NCBI GenBank assembly: GCA_021736135.1
Contig: JAIPGO010000007.1
Location: 2,589-66,588, forward strand
Reading direction: 5' to 3'
Length of the DNA stretch: 64,000 nt
Source of the DNA: Candidatus Cloacimonadota bacterium
GTDB taxonomy: Bacteria; Cloacimonadota; Cloacimonadia; Cloacimonadales; TCS61
Below the pieces are notes generated by a model, which searched no databases, had not been told where the DNA came from, and saw nothing but the letters and a program-made list of their open reading frames with translations. Of the stretch, positions 47,871 to 58,834 are shown piece by piece. Numbering within the stretch: the stretch's first letter is position 1; each line of letters begins with the position of its first letter. A program made the translations under genes and the position numbers.

Positions 47871-49262
47871 TTAAAACTCCGCCGAATTAGCTGTGCGCGG
47901 ATATGATATCACGTCCCTGATATTCTGCATCCCGGTAAGGTACATCACCACGCGCTCAAATCCCAGACCAAAACCGGCATGTGGGGTTCCGCCATATTTT
48001 CTCAGATCAAGATACCACCAGTAATCATCTTTATTTAAACCCATTTCTGTTATCCGTTTTTCCAGAAATTCCAGTCTTTCTTCACGCTGACTGCCACCGA
48101 TGATCTCGCCTACGCCCGGAACCAGCAGATCCATCGCTGCCACTGTCCTGCCATCATCATTCATGCGCATATAAAATGCTTTGATCTCTTTGGGGTAATC
48201 AGTCACAAAAACCGGTCTGTTAAACACTTTTTCAGTTAGATAGCGTTCATGCACAGTTTGCAGATCGCTTCCCCAAACTACCGGATATTCGAATTCTTCA
48301 CCTGATTTGAGCAGAATATCAATTGCCTCAGTATAAGTAATATGCGCAAAATCGCTTTCCACCAGATGCTGCAGCCGCGGCAGCAGGCTTTTATCTATAT
48401 GCTGATTAAAAAACATCAGTTCTTCCGGTGCTTTCTCCATAATATAATTTATCAGATATTTCATCATTCCTTCGGCAAGCTCCATATCGTCTCTCAGGTC
48501 TGCAAAAGCGATTTCCGGTTCCACCATCCAGAATTCGGCTGCATGACGTGTTGTATTGGAATTTTCCGCCCGGAAAGTGGGACCGAAGGTATAAACCTTG
48601 CGGAATGCCATAACGTAAGCTTCCACAGCCAGTTGTCCGCTGACCGTAAGATTCGTTTCACGACCGAAAAAATCCTGCGAAAAATCCACTTCGCCGGTTT
48701 CTGTTAATGGAGGCTGCTGCAGGGGCAGAGTGGAAACACGGAACATCTCTCCCGCACCCTCACAATCACTGCCCGTGATAATTGGCGTGTGCACGTAAAC
48801 GAATCCCTTTTCCTGCAAAAACGAATGAATTGCATGCGCTGCCAGTGAGCGAATCCGGAAAACTGCGGAAAAGGTGTTCGTGCGAGGACGCAGATGCGCA
48901 ATTGTTCTTAGAAATTCAAAACTGTGCCGTTTCTTCTGTAAGGGGTAATCAGCCTGTGAAAATCCCACAATTTCGATATTTTCCGCTTTCACTTCAAATG
49001 GCTGTTTTGCCTCAGGCGTTAAAATCAGAATGCCGCTCACAGAAATGGCGGTGGCAATCCCCAGCTTGGCTATTTCCAAAAAGTCAGCGAGGTCATCAGC
49101 AAATACGATCTGTATGCTTTTAAAAAAAGAACCGTCATTAAGTTCGATGAATCCGAATGTTTTGGTCGAACGAATGGTTCGTATCCAACCTTTCAGATTC
49201 ACCTGTTGCTCGCCGTATTTCTGCGGGTCTTTATATATATCTTTAATTTCCAGAGAAATCAT
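47871..49262 (-). CDS. asnS: asparagine--tRNA ligase
   Basis: [50 protein letters not shown]. Confidence 0.98.
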   Translation of the reverse strand: MISLEIKDIYKDPQKYGEQQVNLKGWIRTIRSTKTFGFIELNDGSFFKSIQIVFADDLADFLEIAKLGIATAISVSGILILTPEAKQPFEVKAENIEIVGFSQADYPLQKKRHSFEFLRTIAHLRPRTNTFSAVFRIRSLAAHAIHSFLQEKGFVYVHTPIITGSDCEGAGEMFRVSTLPLQQPPLTETGEVDFSQDFFGRETNLTVSGQLAVEAYVMAFRKVYTFGPTFRAENSNTTRHAAEFWMVEPEIAFADLRDDMELAEGMMKYLINYIMEKAPEELMFFNQHIDKSLLPRLQHLVESDFAHITYTEAIDILLKSGEEFEYPVVWGSDLQTVHERYLTEKVFNRPVFVTDYPKEIKAFYMRMNDDGRTVAAMDLLVPGVGEIIGGSQREERLEFLEKRITEMGLNKDDYWWYLDLRKYGGTPHAGFGLGFERVVMYLTGMQNIRDVISYPRTANSAEF

Positions 49263-49275
49263 AAAAATACTCCTT

Positions 49276-50253
49276 TTATTTTTTGTTGATCTTATCCACT
49301 ATCATCTGGGCTACTTCCAAAGCATAATAGCCAGCTTCACCATCCACCTCCGGATTAGAATGTGCTTCAACAGCCTGGAAAAATGACTCAAGTTCCATCG
49401 TGAGCGCATCTTTTTCGCAGGCGGAAGCATCCACCTCCCTAATATCAACAACATCTTCCTGTTTTATTTTATCATAGTTACCCGCAAGCAGTTGTGGAAG
49501 CACTTTGTAAAGTTTTTTTGATTTATTAACTATCTTCACAGTCCGATTCATAAAATCCAGCGAAAAATAAGCATCCTTCTGAAATATTCTGGCTTCGCGG
49601 GAACGCTTTAGTGAAATCCTGCTGGCTGTCACGTTCGCCACTGCCCCATTTTCAAATTCGATGCGGGCATTTGCTATATCTATGCTCTTCGTCATCACAC
49701 TTGCACCGGAAGCACTCACCTGCTTCACTTTGCTATGGATAAAGGCCAAAATAAAATCGAGATCATGGATCATTAATTCGTGCACTACCGGCACATCTGT
49801 ACCACGCGCTGAAAATGGTGAAATTCGATGTACTTCAATAAAAATTGGATCCTTCACCAGACTGCTGATTTCCATAATCACCGGATTGAAACGCTCAATA
49901 TGACCAACCTGCAAACGCAGATCATTTTTTCGGGAAAGTTTCACCAGTTCGTCTGCCTGCTGTAATGTCTCCGTTATCGGTTTTTCCAGAAATACATGCT
50001 TTCCGCTCTGCAATGCCTGCAGCGCCAGTTCATAATGTGATATTGTATTAACCACAATAACCATAGCATCAACTTGCTGTAAAAGACCCTGGTAATCAGG
50101 AAATACCTTGATCTGGTGTTTTTCACCAATTTCTCTGGCGCGTTTGGCGTTTTTGTCAAATAGCCCCACCAGCTCGCATAAGCCTGATTGCGCCAGCACA
50201 CGGGCATGGTTTTGACCGAATTGACCAACTCCTGTAATACCAATTTTAAGCAT
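49276..50253 (-). CDS. Gfo/Idh/MocA family oxidoreductase
   Basis: [31 protein letters not shown]. Confidence 0.92.
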   Translation of the reverse strand: MLKIGITGVGQFGQNHARVLAQSGLCELVGLFDKNAKRAREIGEKHQIKVFPDYQGLLQQVDAMVIVVNTISHYELALQALQSGKHVFLEKPITETLQQADELVKLSRKNDLRLQVGHIERFNPVIMEISSLVKDPIFIEVHRISPFSARGTDVPVVHELMIHDLDFILAFIHSKVKQVSASGASVMTKSIDIANARIEFENGAVANVTASRISLKRSREARIFQKDAYFSLDFMNRTVKIVNKSKKLYKVLPQLLAGNYDKIKQEDVVDIREVDASACEKDALTMELESFFQAVEAHSNPEVDGEAGYYALEVAQMIVDKINKK

Positions 50254-50305
50254 AAAATCTCCCGTAAATTAATTACGTTTCAGAAAATACAGCGTATCTC
50301 AGGTG

Positions 50306-50977
50306 TCAAGCGGGAATATTGGATAGCCTTTGCAGAGACAGTTTTTTCGCTATTCCCAAAATTAATCCCAGGGCTATTGCCAGTAAAGCTGCACTCATTA
50401 CCCTGAATTCCGGCGGCAGCAGAAATGTGACTACCTGTGCCGGGATCCAGAACCAGAAAATAGCTCCACCCACAACCTTGAACATATTATCCCAGTCAAT
50501 CGCTAAAAAAGTCTGCGGAATATTCCATCTGCGGAATAATCCGCCCTTTTCGATAGCTGTATCAGTTAAACGATGGAAACACATCATGGGAAAACCAAAA
50601 ACCATATTCAGGAGAAATGATTTCCAGAAAGAAGTTAAAAGTACCGAATACGCTCCCGGTAATAAACCTGCTTTCTGCAATCCTTCCACTCCATAGGAGA
50701 ACATGGGAAATATGGCTGTAAAATACACTCCCAGAAATGCCCAGACCAGAAACTTCTCTCCTATCCTGATCCCCGATAACTTCCATTTCCCAATTACGAT
50801 TTTTCCACTTAATAATTCTCCCATTGTACCCAGTAATCCTACTTTCATTAGTCCCATCAAGTATGGATAGCCTTTGGTCAAATCTATAAATACTCCTCTA
50901 CTCTGCGGTAATGCCAAAATGGCAATAACTGCCAGCAGCAAAGCAGCCCAGATCAATGTAATCAGATTATCTTTCAT
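50306..50977 (-). CDS. conserved membrane protein (Mpv17/PMP22-like)
   Basis: Multi-TM; GELL, HRLTD, FWIPAQVVTFLLPPEFRV. Confidence 0.7.
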   Translation of the reverse strand: MKDNLITLIWAALLLAVIAILALPQSRGVFIDLTKGYPYLMGLMKVGLLGTMGELLSGKIVIGKWKLSGIRIGEKFLVWAFLGVYFTAIFPMFSYGVEGLQKAGLLPGAYSVLLTSFWKSFLLNMVFGFPMMCFHRLTDTAIEKGGLFRRWNIPQTFLAIDWDNMFKVVGGAIFWFWIPAQVVTFLLPPEFRVMSAALLAIALGLILGIAKKLSLQRLSNIPA

Positions 50978-51562
50978 ATTTTTTTCCTTATTAAATTCCT
51001 TCTATTTATCAGATTGTCTTGAATCAGGGATACCCGAAATCTGTCAATCTACTTCCTCAAACGCCGGGTTCCCACATAGTCCACGTGCACCGCTGGCGCA
51101 TTCCGCAAGTGGGGCGTGAACACGACCCTTAAAATGAAAGTAGATGAAAGATGTAATCAACATGAAGAAATATCCGTGATGGCAGTGATGTCCGCAGATT
51201 AAATATTCGTTTTTCGCGTCATTTAGTGGTTCCTCCATTTGTTTAGTAGCCTTTGGCTGGCAGACAAGTTTCGCAGTTGGACTATCTTTCTTGATTATTT
51301 CTCAATTCTGCGGCTGGCACCGCAGGCATTAACATGCTTAATGCTCCAAAGTAACTCGAAAGTGGGAATATTAAGAAATTGCGAGAGTGATAATAAAATT
51401 AATGCTGAAAAATGTGATGCAATTATTCTACCTCTTCTCTTCTTCTCATCATCCCATCTTCCTATCTTCACTTCTCTCTGATAGTAGTGAACAGTAAAAA
51501 CTATTTGACGGATAAACAGGCTGGCAATTTTGTAGTTGAAAGATAAATTTTCGGAGGAAAGT

Positions 51563-52687
51563 ATGAAAAAGGGAATATTGACCGGCATCATACTGATGAT
51601 GCTGTTAGCAGGCGCAGAAGCAGCAATACAGGATTTGCAGGGATTAGCGAAAACGGATTTCCGTTCCGCCAAGATGTATTTTAATCAGCAGATATTTGAG
51701 AAAGCCATACCATTTTATGAAAAGGTTCTGGAAGCTAATCCGTATCATATAGAAAGCCTGATGAGCCTTGCCGGGGTTGAATATGAAGTTAACAAGGATT
51801 ACTGGAAAGCACATGCCCTTTATGAGCGCGTTCTGGAAGCGATAGATATGGTTTATGCCGAATATGATGAACTGCAGGCAACTGACAGCAAGGCAGCCGG
51901 AAAATATTATAAAACCTATATCAAAAAAGCGGGACTGGAAAAGGAAAAAAATTCGGCAACCACCCTTTTAAATAACTGCTGGACATATATTTTTCAGGAA
52001 GGTTTGGGAAAATTCAAAGCTGAAGATTATACTGGCTCACTGGAAACATATATTCCTTTGCTGGAAATTGCACCAGACAGTCTGATAACTATCAAAATGA
52101 TCGCCAACAATTATTTTAAACTTGATGATAAAGTAAATGGCATCAAATATTTTGAAATGGCTTACCAGATGGAACCGGATAATGAAGAAACTGCCAGAAT
52201 GATAGGTTATAATTATCTGCAACTGGGCGAGCAGGAGAAAGCTGTCGTATGGTATCAGAAAGCGACTGAGAATAATCCCGATAATGAAGATAATTTTTAC
52301 AATATAGGCGTAATCTATAATGATCTGAAACGTTACCAGGACGCAATGGCAATGTTTGAGCGGGTGCTGGTAATTAATCCGCAAAACGTTGATGCCCTGT
52401 ATAATGCCAGAGTCATAGCCAACCAGTTGAAAGATATAGATAGTTTTGTCAAATACAGTCAGATGGAATTTGACCTTAATGGAGAAGATGCAGCCAATCT
52501 CAGGCTTTTCTGTTTTCAGCTCGTAAATCTGGATGCTAATGAGCAGATATTAAAATATGGCAAGAAATGGGCAGAATTAGCACCGGATGATCCATCACCC
52601 TATCAGTTAATGTTTGTGGCTGCGAAAAAGCTTGGGAACAAGGAATTGCAGACGGAATATCAGAAAAAATTGTCAGGAATGCAATAG
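51563..52687 (+). CDS. secreted tetratricopeptide-repeat protein
   Basis: SD GGAGG, signal peptide, several TPR units (AIPFYEKVLEANP, YNIGVIY...AMAMFERVLVINP). Confidence 0.9.
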   Translation: MKKGILTGIILMMLLAGAEAAIQDLQGLAKTDFRSAKMYFNQQIFEKAIPFYEKVLEANPYHIESLMSLAGVEYEVNKDYWKAHALYERVLEAIDMVYAEYDELQATDSKAAGKYYKTYIKKAGLEKEKNSATTLLNNCWTYIFQEGLGKFKAEDYTGSLETYIPLLEIAPDSLITIKMIANNYFKLDDKVNGIKYFEMAYQMEPDNEETARMIGYNYLQLGEQEKAVVWYQKATENNPDNEDNFYNIGVIYNDLKRYQDAMAMFERVLVINPQNVDALYNARVIANQLKDIDSFVKYSQMEFDLNGEDAANLRLFCFQLVNLDANEQILKYGKKWAELAPDDPSPYQLMFVAAKKLGNKELQTEYQKKLSGMQ

Positions 52688-52688
52688 C

Positions 52689-52774
52689 GCGAAAGTGGCG
52701 GAACGGCAGACGCGCTGGACTTAGAATCCAGTGGGAGAAATCCTGTAGGGGTTCAAATCCCCTCTTTCGCACCA
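52689..52774 (+). tRNA. tRNA-Leu (anticodon TAG)
   Basis: Acceptor stem GCGAAAG/CTTTCGC, anticodon arm ctgga-cTTAGaa-tccag, long variable arm, GTTCAAATC, encoded CCA. Confidence 0.96.
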
Positions 52775-52844
52775 TAAAAAATTATGGGCATGGGAAACAT
52801 GCCCAAATTTTTATTAAGAATAAAGAAGTCAGATAAAGGAGAAC

Positions 52845-54140
52845 ATGGTGAAAGTTGAATTAAGTGAAATAAAAAACTGCTGGCAGGAAATGAAGATAAC
52901 TCTTCCAGCAGAAGAAGCAGAAACTGAATATCGAAAGATAGTCAACAAGTATAAATCCAAAATAAACATCCCCGGATTCCGCAAAGGCAAAGCGCCACTC
53001 AGCATAATGGAACGAACTTATGCTGATTATTTCAAGGATATATTTCTTCAAGAGGCAGCCGAGAAACTATATAAACAGGCACTTGATACTGAAGACATCC
53101 ATCCTGTAAGTGAAGCTGAATTACTCGAAATGGAATGGGCACATAATAGTGATTACACGGCAAAATTCAAGTATGAAATAATGCCCGAAATTGAGGTGAA
53201 ACAATATGAGAATTTCGAAGTGGAATTTCAACCTCAGGTGTTACAGGAAGTCTATGTTGAGAATATGATCGATAATATGCGCAAGAATATGTCAATCCAG
53301 GAAGACGGCGAAGGCCCCGTGGAAAAGGATAATATAGTCAGTGCCACGTTTTCTGAGATTAGCGAACAAGATAAGCCCTTTACTTTTGAACGTACTTTTG
53401 TCGTTGATGATAATGTTTATAATGCCGAGCTTAATGAAAAAATCAAAGGCAGAAAAACAGGAGAAGAATTCCAGTCCACCATATTTGATGCCGAGACGGA
53501 AGATGTGGCAAAAGCCGATGAAAAATTTCGTGGCAAACTGTTTAACATAAAAGTGGAATCAATCAAAGTCAACATTCTGCCGGAAGTAAATGATGAATTT
53601 GCCAAAGACCTGGAATACGAATCGGTGGAAGATTTGCGCAATAAAATAAGAGCAGAGCTGCAGAACAGGATTGATCGGGATAACCAGGAAGAGAAGAGAA
53701 ATGCCGTGATGGCGAAACTTGTGGAACTGAATCCTTTTGACGTCCCGGCTTCTATGATCGAGCATTATGCCGGGGAATTAGGTAAAGATGCCGTGGAAAA
53801 ATATGGCATCACTCAGAAACAGGCAGTTGATCTTTACAAGCCCATAGCCGAATATAACATTAAATCATATCATCTGCACAGCAGAATTACAGAACTTCTT
53901 GATCTCACTATTACCGATGAAGATAAACAGACAGCTATTGCTGAAGCTGCCGCCAATATGAAGATGTCGGCGGATGATTACTCCCGGCTTTATGCAAAAC
54001 AAATTGAAGGCGAGGAATTCCAGGAAGGTTTGAAGGAAAGAAAAACCATGGATTACCTGCTGGAGCAGGCAGTATATATTACACCCAAACCACGTGAAGA
54101 AGATGAAGGTTCTGAAGAGCAGGAAAAGGAGGATATATGA
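52845..54140 (+). CDS. tig: trigger factor
   Basis: [20 protein letters not shown]; tRNA-Leu-tig-clpP-clpX order. Confidence 0.95.
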   Translation: MVKVELSEIKNCWQEMKITLPAEEAETEYRKIVNKYKSKINIPGFRKGKAPLSIMERTYADYFKDIFLQEAAEKLYKQALDTEDIHPVSEAELLEMEWAHNSDYTAKFKYEIMPEIEVKQYENFEVEFQPQVLQEVYVENMIDNMRKNMSIQEDGEGPVEKDNIVSATFSEISEQDKPFTFERTFVVDDNVYNAELNEKIKGRKTGEEFQSTIFDAETEDVAKADEKFRGKLFNIKVESIKVNILPEVNDEFAKDLEYESVEDLRNKIRAELQNRIDRDNQEEKRNAVMAKLVELNPFDVPASMIEHYAGELGKDAVEKYGITQKQAVDLYKPIAEYNIKSYHLHSRITELLDLTITDEDKQTAIAEAAANMKMSADDYSRLYAKQIEGEEFQEGLKERKTMDYLLEQAVYITPKPREEDEGSEEQEKEDI

Positions 54141-54727
54141 CATTAGTACCATTTGTAATCGAACAGACCGGCAGAGGAGAAAGGTCTTTTGACATTTTTT
54201 CACGACTGCTGAAAGACAGGATCATTTTCATCGGTTCTCCGATAGATGACAATGTAGCTAATCTTGTAGTTGCCCAGCTTTTGCATCTGGAGGCTGAAGA
54301 ACAGGATAAAGATATTTATATGTATATAAATAGCCCAGGTGGTTCAGTAACAGCCGGACTGGCAATTTATGATACCATTCAGTATATCAAGCCTGATGTG
54401 AATACGATCTGCATTGGTCAGGCTTCGAGCATGGGAGCAACGCTATTAACTTCCGGTGCAGCAGGGAAACGGTTTGCCTTACCTAATTGCCGCATTATGA
54501 TCCATCAGCCCTGGGGCGGGACACAAGGTCAGGCTTCGGATATAGAGATCCAGGCAAATGAAATTCTGCGACTGAAAGATAGACTCAATAGAATAATGCA
54601 GAAGCATACAGGTCAGAAACTGGAAAAGATTGTTAAGGATACTGACCGCAATTTCTTTATGTCTGCGGAAGAAGCAGTCAAATACGGACTGGTTGATGAG
54701 GTTATTGCCTCCAGGAAAAAGGGGTAA
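54137..54727 (+). CDS. clpP: ATP-dependent Clp protease proteolytic subunit
   Basis: [36 protein letters not shown]. Confidence 0.98.
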   Translation: MTLVPFVIEQTGRGERSFDIFSRLLKDRIIFIGSPIDDNVANLVVAQLLHLEAEEQDKDIYMYINSPGGSVTAGLAIYDTIQYIKPDVNTICIGQASSMGATLLTSGAAGKRFALPNCRIMIHQPWGGTQGQASDIEIQANEILRLKDRLNRIMQKHTGQKLEKIVKDTDRNFFMSAEEAVKYGLVDEVIASRKKG

Positions 54728-54730
54728 CTT

Positions 54731-55948
54731 TTGAAGGAAAAATTTGATAAAGACCTGCACTGCAATATCTGCGGACGTAGTTCCGATGAAGTGCAGTATC
54801 TTCTGCGTGGCATTGACGGTAACATTTGCGGTGACTGCATCCAGATGTGTAACAAGATCATGGTTGATGAAAAGGATGTGGAAATTCTGGAAGATCATCC
54901 GATTCCCACTCCAAAAGAGATAAAGGACTATCTTGACCTTTACGTGATCAGTCAGGAAGAAGCAAAGAAATATATCTCTGTAGCCGTTTATAACCATTAT
55001 AAGAGAATCTATAAACAGAAAAGCAGTGATGAAGTGGAAATAGAGAAAAGCAATATACTCCTTACCGGACCCACTGGCAGTGGAAAAACACTCATTGCGC
55101 AAACTCTGGCTCGCATGCTGCATGTTCCTTTTGCCATTGCTGACGCCACAACCTTGACTGAAGCAGGTTACGTGGGTGAAGACGTGGAAAACATTCTGGT
55201 GAGACTGCTGCAAAGTGCGGAATATGATGTTCGCAAAGCGGAACGCGGCATTATCTATATTGATGAGATCGATAAAATAGCCCGTAAATCGGAAAATCCC
55301 TCCATTACGCGGGATGTATCCGGTGAAGGTGTGCAGCAAGCGCTGCTAAAAATCCTGGAAGGTGCCGTAGTAAACGTGCCCCCGAAAGGCGGCAGAAAAC
55401 ATCCGCATCAGGAATTCATCGAGGTTAATACTAAAAATATACTGTTTATTGCCGGTGGCGCTTTTAACGGACTGGATACGATCATTAAAAGAAGAACAAA
55501 TAAGAAAACTATCGGGTTTGACGTGGAATTACAGCAGAATACAATTGAAGAAAACATACTCGCCAAAGCAATTCCCGAAGATCTGGTTAAATATGGCCTG
55601 ATCCCTGAACTTGTAGGCAGATTGCCGGTTTACACGGCTTTGCATGAACTCAAGGAAGAAGCGCTGGTCACGATTTTAACAAAACCGCGAAACGCCATCT
55701 GCAAACAATATGAAAAACTTTTCAGTATGGAGAATGTAAAACTTGTCTTTGAACCTGATGCTCTGCTGGAAATAGCTCATGTTGCCATTAATTACGGAAC
55801 CGGAGCGCGCGGTTTGCGCTCTATTATGGAACGCTTTATGATTGATATTATGTTCTCGCTGCCGGATAGAAAGGATATTCGAGAAGTTATGATAACTGCT
55901 GAAGTGGTCAAAGGCGAAGCTGAGCCGGATTACGGAAAAGCTTCCTGA
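54731..55948 (+). CDS. clpX: ATP-dependent Clp protease ATP-binding subunit
   Basis: C4 zinc finger, [35 protein letters not shown] loop. Confidence 0.98.
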   Translation: MKEKFDKDLHCNICGRSSDEVQYLLRGIDGNICGDCIQMCNKIMVDEKDVEILEDHPIPTPKEIKDYLDLYVISQEEAKKYISVAVYNHYKRIYKQKSSDEVEIEKSNILLTGPTGSGKTLIAQTLARMLHVPFAIADATTLTEAGYVGEDVENILVRLLQSAEYDVRKAERGIIYIDEIDKIARKSENPSITRDVSGEGVQQALLKILEGAVVNVPPKGGRKHPHQEFIEVNTKNILFIAGGAFNGLDTIIKRRTNKKTIGFDVELQQNTIEENILAKAIPEDLVKYGLIPELVGRLPVYTALHELKEEALVTILTKPRNAICKQYEKLFSMENVKLVFEPDALLEIAHVAINYGTGARGLRSIMERFMIDIMFSLPDRKDIREVMITAEVVKGEAEPDYGKAS

Positions 55949-55954
55949 TATATC

Positions 55955-55989
55955 AGGCGACCGGTTACAATTACCTGTCGCCTTTTTTT
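55955..55989 (+). terminator. intrinsic terminator after clpX
   Basis: aggcgac-cggt...acct-gtcgcct followed by a T tract. Confidence 0.75.
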
Positions 55990-56113
55990 ATAACAGAAAC
56001 TGACCTGTTTTACTTGACTAAAATTTACCTGCCTGAAATTTCATTATTAATTTTAATGCTGCAGACTAAGAATTAAGCAGCATTGTTTGAAAAAATGATT
56101 ACTGGAGAGAATT

Positions 56114-58789
56114 ATGTGTCTTAAACCACAGGATGTAATAAATGAGAAGCTGAATAGAATTATTGCTTTTCTGCTTTTTGGTTTTAGCTTAACAATCTAT
56201 GTTTTAACTATGGCAAGAAGTCTCTCTTTCTGGGACTGTGGCGAATATATCACGTGCAGCAGCATTTTAGGGGTTCCACATCCTCCCGGAAATCCCTTTT
56301 ATATACTACTGGGAAGATTTTTTACGGCCCTGACCGGACATGGCATTTCACATGCTTTAGTGGTCAATTTTATGAGTGCCTTTTTCAGCTCTCTGGCAGT
56401 GATGTTTACCTATTTGATCACCGTGAAATTGATTTCAATGTGGCAAAGGCGCGAAGAAGCTCAATTTGCCTATATAACCGGCATCATCGCTGCCTTGTTA
56501 ACGGCATTCTCCTTCAGTTTCTGGCATAATGCCATCGAAGCCGAGGTTTATGGCGGACTCGCATTTACAATAAATCTTATTATTTATCTCACCCTGCTAT
56601 ATACTCAGAAAAGTAATGACCTATCACATCAGAATTATCTCATACTGATCATTTATATATTCTTCCTGGGATTCGGCATTCATCAAACGGTTCTGCAAAT
56701 AGCACCGGCAGTATTATTTATCATATTATATCCTCAAATATTAGAAGCCTACCGAGAAACAGGCAAATTCTGGCTCAGAACCTGGATCTATTTATTTGGA
56801 TTAATTATTATCTATTTCATATTCAATGGCATAGGAAAATCGATATCCGTTCCTGATTTGAGTAAAATGGCGTTTGGTCTGGGTATCGGGATTATCATCA
56901 TTTTCCATACTTATAAGAAAGTGTCCATTGAAGCCTGGCTGATAGCTTTTCTTCTGGTTATCATAGCCTTCAGCCCCCATATATTCCTGCTGGTGCGCAG
57001 CGCTCATAGACCCTTTATTAACGAGGGTTTCCCGCATAATCTTGAACTTTTTAAAAATTATGTCCTGCGTACTCAATATGGCACCACTAATTTTACGGAA
57101 CGTAATGCTGATTTCTGGAATCAGTTCAATCACAGTTTTCTGCGCTATTTCAGCTGGCAGTTCTTTCATTTTGATAACATTAAAAATGCCATCGCTATAC
57201 CAATAGGTTTTCTGCATACATTATTCCCGGCAGTAAAAGCATTCCATCTCCCCAATAATTATTTAACTGTTGTACCTTCTGGTTTTCTAAAGACATTATT
57301 CCAGGCATTAGTAGCATTCCTCGGGTTTTATGGTATGTATTATACTTTCAAAAAGAATAAACATGCTTTCGGTTATATGATCGCTTTATTCCTGATGGCA
57401 TCGCTGGCTATGATCTTCGTAATGAATCAGAAATATAACGAAGTTCGCGACCGTGATTATTTCTTCGTGACTGCTTATAATCTCTGGGCTATCTGGATGG
57501 CTCTGGGCTGCCTGGGTTTAATCCGGCTAGTCTTCAGCAGAATGAAAGTTCTGGGCTATGTTGTTCTTATTATTGCTTTGCTGCTGCCGGTTATCAATCT
57601 GGCGGCACAATACTGGGAACATGACCGGCATAAAGAATTTATTGCCCTTGATTATGGTCTTAATATCTTAAATAGCCTGGAAGAAAATGCTATTGTTTTC
57701 ACTAATGGAGATAACGATACTTTCCCCGTCTGGTATGCCCAGGCAGTTTATGATCCTTATGCTATTGAAAAAGTCTGGGAAGCGCGGGATGTGTCCCCCA
57801 CTCCCTTAACACAGAAACGCATCGCCTCCGCTATGGATTTTAAAAATTCCACTCTCACCGGCATTAGAAAAGATGTCAGCGTTGCTAATCTAAGCCTGTT
57901 AAATACTCCCTGGTACATTAAGCAATTACGAGACAAGGAAGGTATTCTTTTCAATCTTAAAGATGCACATATTGAGGGCTGTCAAACTGAGCCAAGATCC
58001 AGTTTATACCCAAGACGCCTGGATAAAGATACGCGCGTGAAAATCAAGGGCAACGACGTTGTTGACGATTTTGAGATCATACTTAAGGAAGGTGAAGCGC
58101 TTTATACAAATGATCTGGCAGTTATCCAGATCGTTAAGGACAATTATGGCAAACGCCCCATCTATTTTGCGGTTACAGTAGCTGATGTTCCCGGTTTTAA
58201 AAACAATCTGCGCAACGAGGGTATGGTTGACCGGCTGGTTTCCACCAGGGGCGGAGATCAATATGATATTGAAAGACTAACTGCAAATACCGACAGCGTT
58301 TATTCCTACAGAACTATTTTTGATGATTCCGTCTATAAAGATCCTAATATGCTGCGTCTTCTAAATAATTATGGAGCAGCCTATATGCGTGCATCCTCAT
58401 ATTACCGTGAAGAAAGTGATTATGATAAGGCGATCAACTATATGGAAAGTTCTTTAGGCTTCATTCAGGAACGTTATCGATTTTATCGTACTCTCTCACA
58501 ATTGTATTTACTTAGCGGAGAGCAATATCTCAATCTATCAGAAAAAACAGCTGCCGACAGTAGTGAAGAAATGGTTGATGCAGCCTTTATCCGTCTGGAA
58601 AATGCTGTATACTATAACCGCAGCAGTGAGGATCTAATTATAGGATTATATTCCATCGCTAAGGAGTACCGGGTATATGACCGCATTATTACTCTCTTTA
58701 ATAAGATAAAATTTGACCCGAATTCCGGACAGGATCCGGAAGTGATCGATGGATTGATCCAAAAACTAAATGATTTAAAGGCTGAATAG
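56114..58789 (+). CDS. DUF2723/TMEM260-like GT-C membrane glycosyltransferase
   Basis: SFWDCGEYI, LGVPHPPGNP, AIEAEVY, RDRDYFF, FTNGDNDTFPVWY, NLSLLNTPWY; many TM segments. Confidence 0.9.
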   Translation: MCLKPQDVINEKLNRIIAFLLFGFSLTIYVLTMARSLSFWDCGEYITCSSILGVPHPPGNPFYILLGRFFTALTGHGISHALVVNFMSAFFSSLAVMFTYLITVKLISMWQRREEAQFAYITGIIAALLTAFSFSFWHNAIEAEVYGGLAFTINLIIYLTLLYTQKSNDLSHQNYLILIIYIFFLGFGIHQTVLQIAPAVLFIILYPQILEAYRETGKFWLRTWIYLFGLIIIYFIFNGIGKSISVPDLSKMAFGLGIGIIIIFHTYKKVSIEAWLIAFLLVIIAFSPHIFLLVRSAHRPFINEGFPHNLELFKNYVLRTQYGTTNFTERNADFWNQFNHSFLRYFSWQFFHFDNIKNAIAIPIGFLHTLFPAVKAFHLPNNYLTVVPSGFLKTLFQALVAFLGFYGMYYTFKKNKHAFGYMIALFLMASLAMIFVMNQKYNEVRDRDYFFVTAYNLWAIWMALGCLGLIRLVFSRMKVLGYVVLIIALLLPVINLAAQYWEHDRHKEFIALDYGLNILNSLEENAIVFTNGDNDTFPVWYAQAVYDPYAIEKVWEARDVSPTPLTQKRIASAMDFKNSTLTGIRKDVSVANLSLLNTPWYIKQLRDKEGILFNLKDAHIEGCQTEPRSSLYPRRLDKDTRVKIKGNDVVDDFEIILKEGEALYTNDLAVIQIVKDNYGKRPIYFAVTVADVPGFKNNLRNEGMVDRLVSTRGGDQYDIERLTANTDSVYSYRTIFDDSVYKDPNMLRLLNNYGAAYMRASSYYREESDYDKAINYMESSLGFIQERYRFYRTLSQLYLLSGEQYLNLSEKTAADSSEEMVDAAFIRLENAVYYNRSSEDLIIGLYSIAKEYRVYDRIITLFNKIKFDPNSGQDPEVIDGLIQKLNDLKAE

Positions 58790-58834
58790 AATTCTGTCAA
58801 CCCGGTTTCACCCGGGTTGACTTTTCTTAATATT

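Noticed and set aside
52689-52810. tRNA-Leu as an island integration site
   Set aside because: It is directly followed by tig-clpP-clpX, and I saw no duplicated tRNA 3' end or integrase.
58796-58821. SOS box before uvrA (gtcaacccgg-tttcac-ccgggttgac)
   Set aside because: It is a real palindrome, but I cannot match it to a known LexA motif; it could equally be a terminator-like hairpin of the upstream gene.
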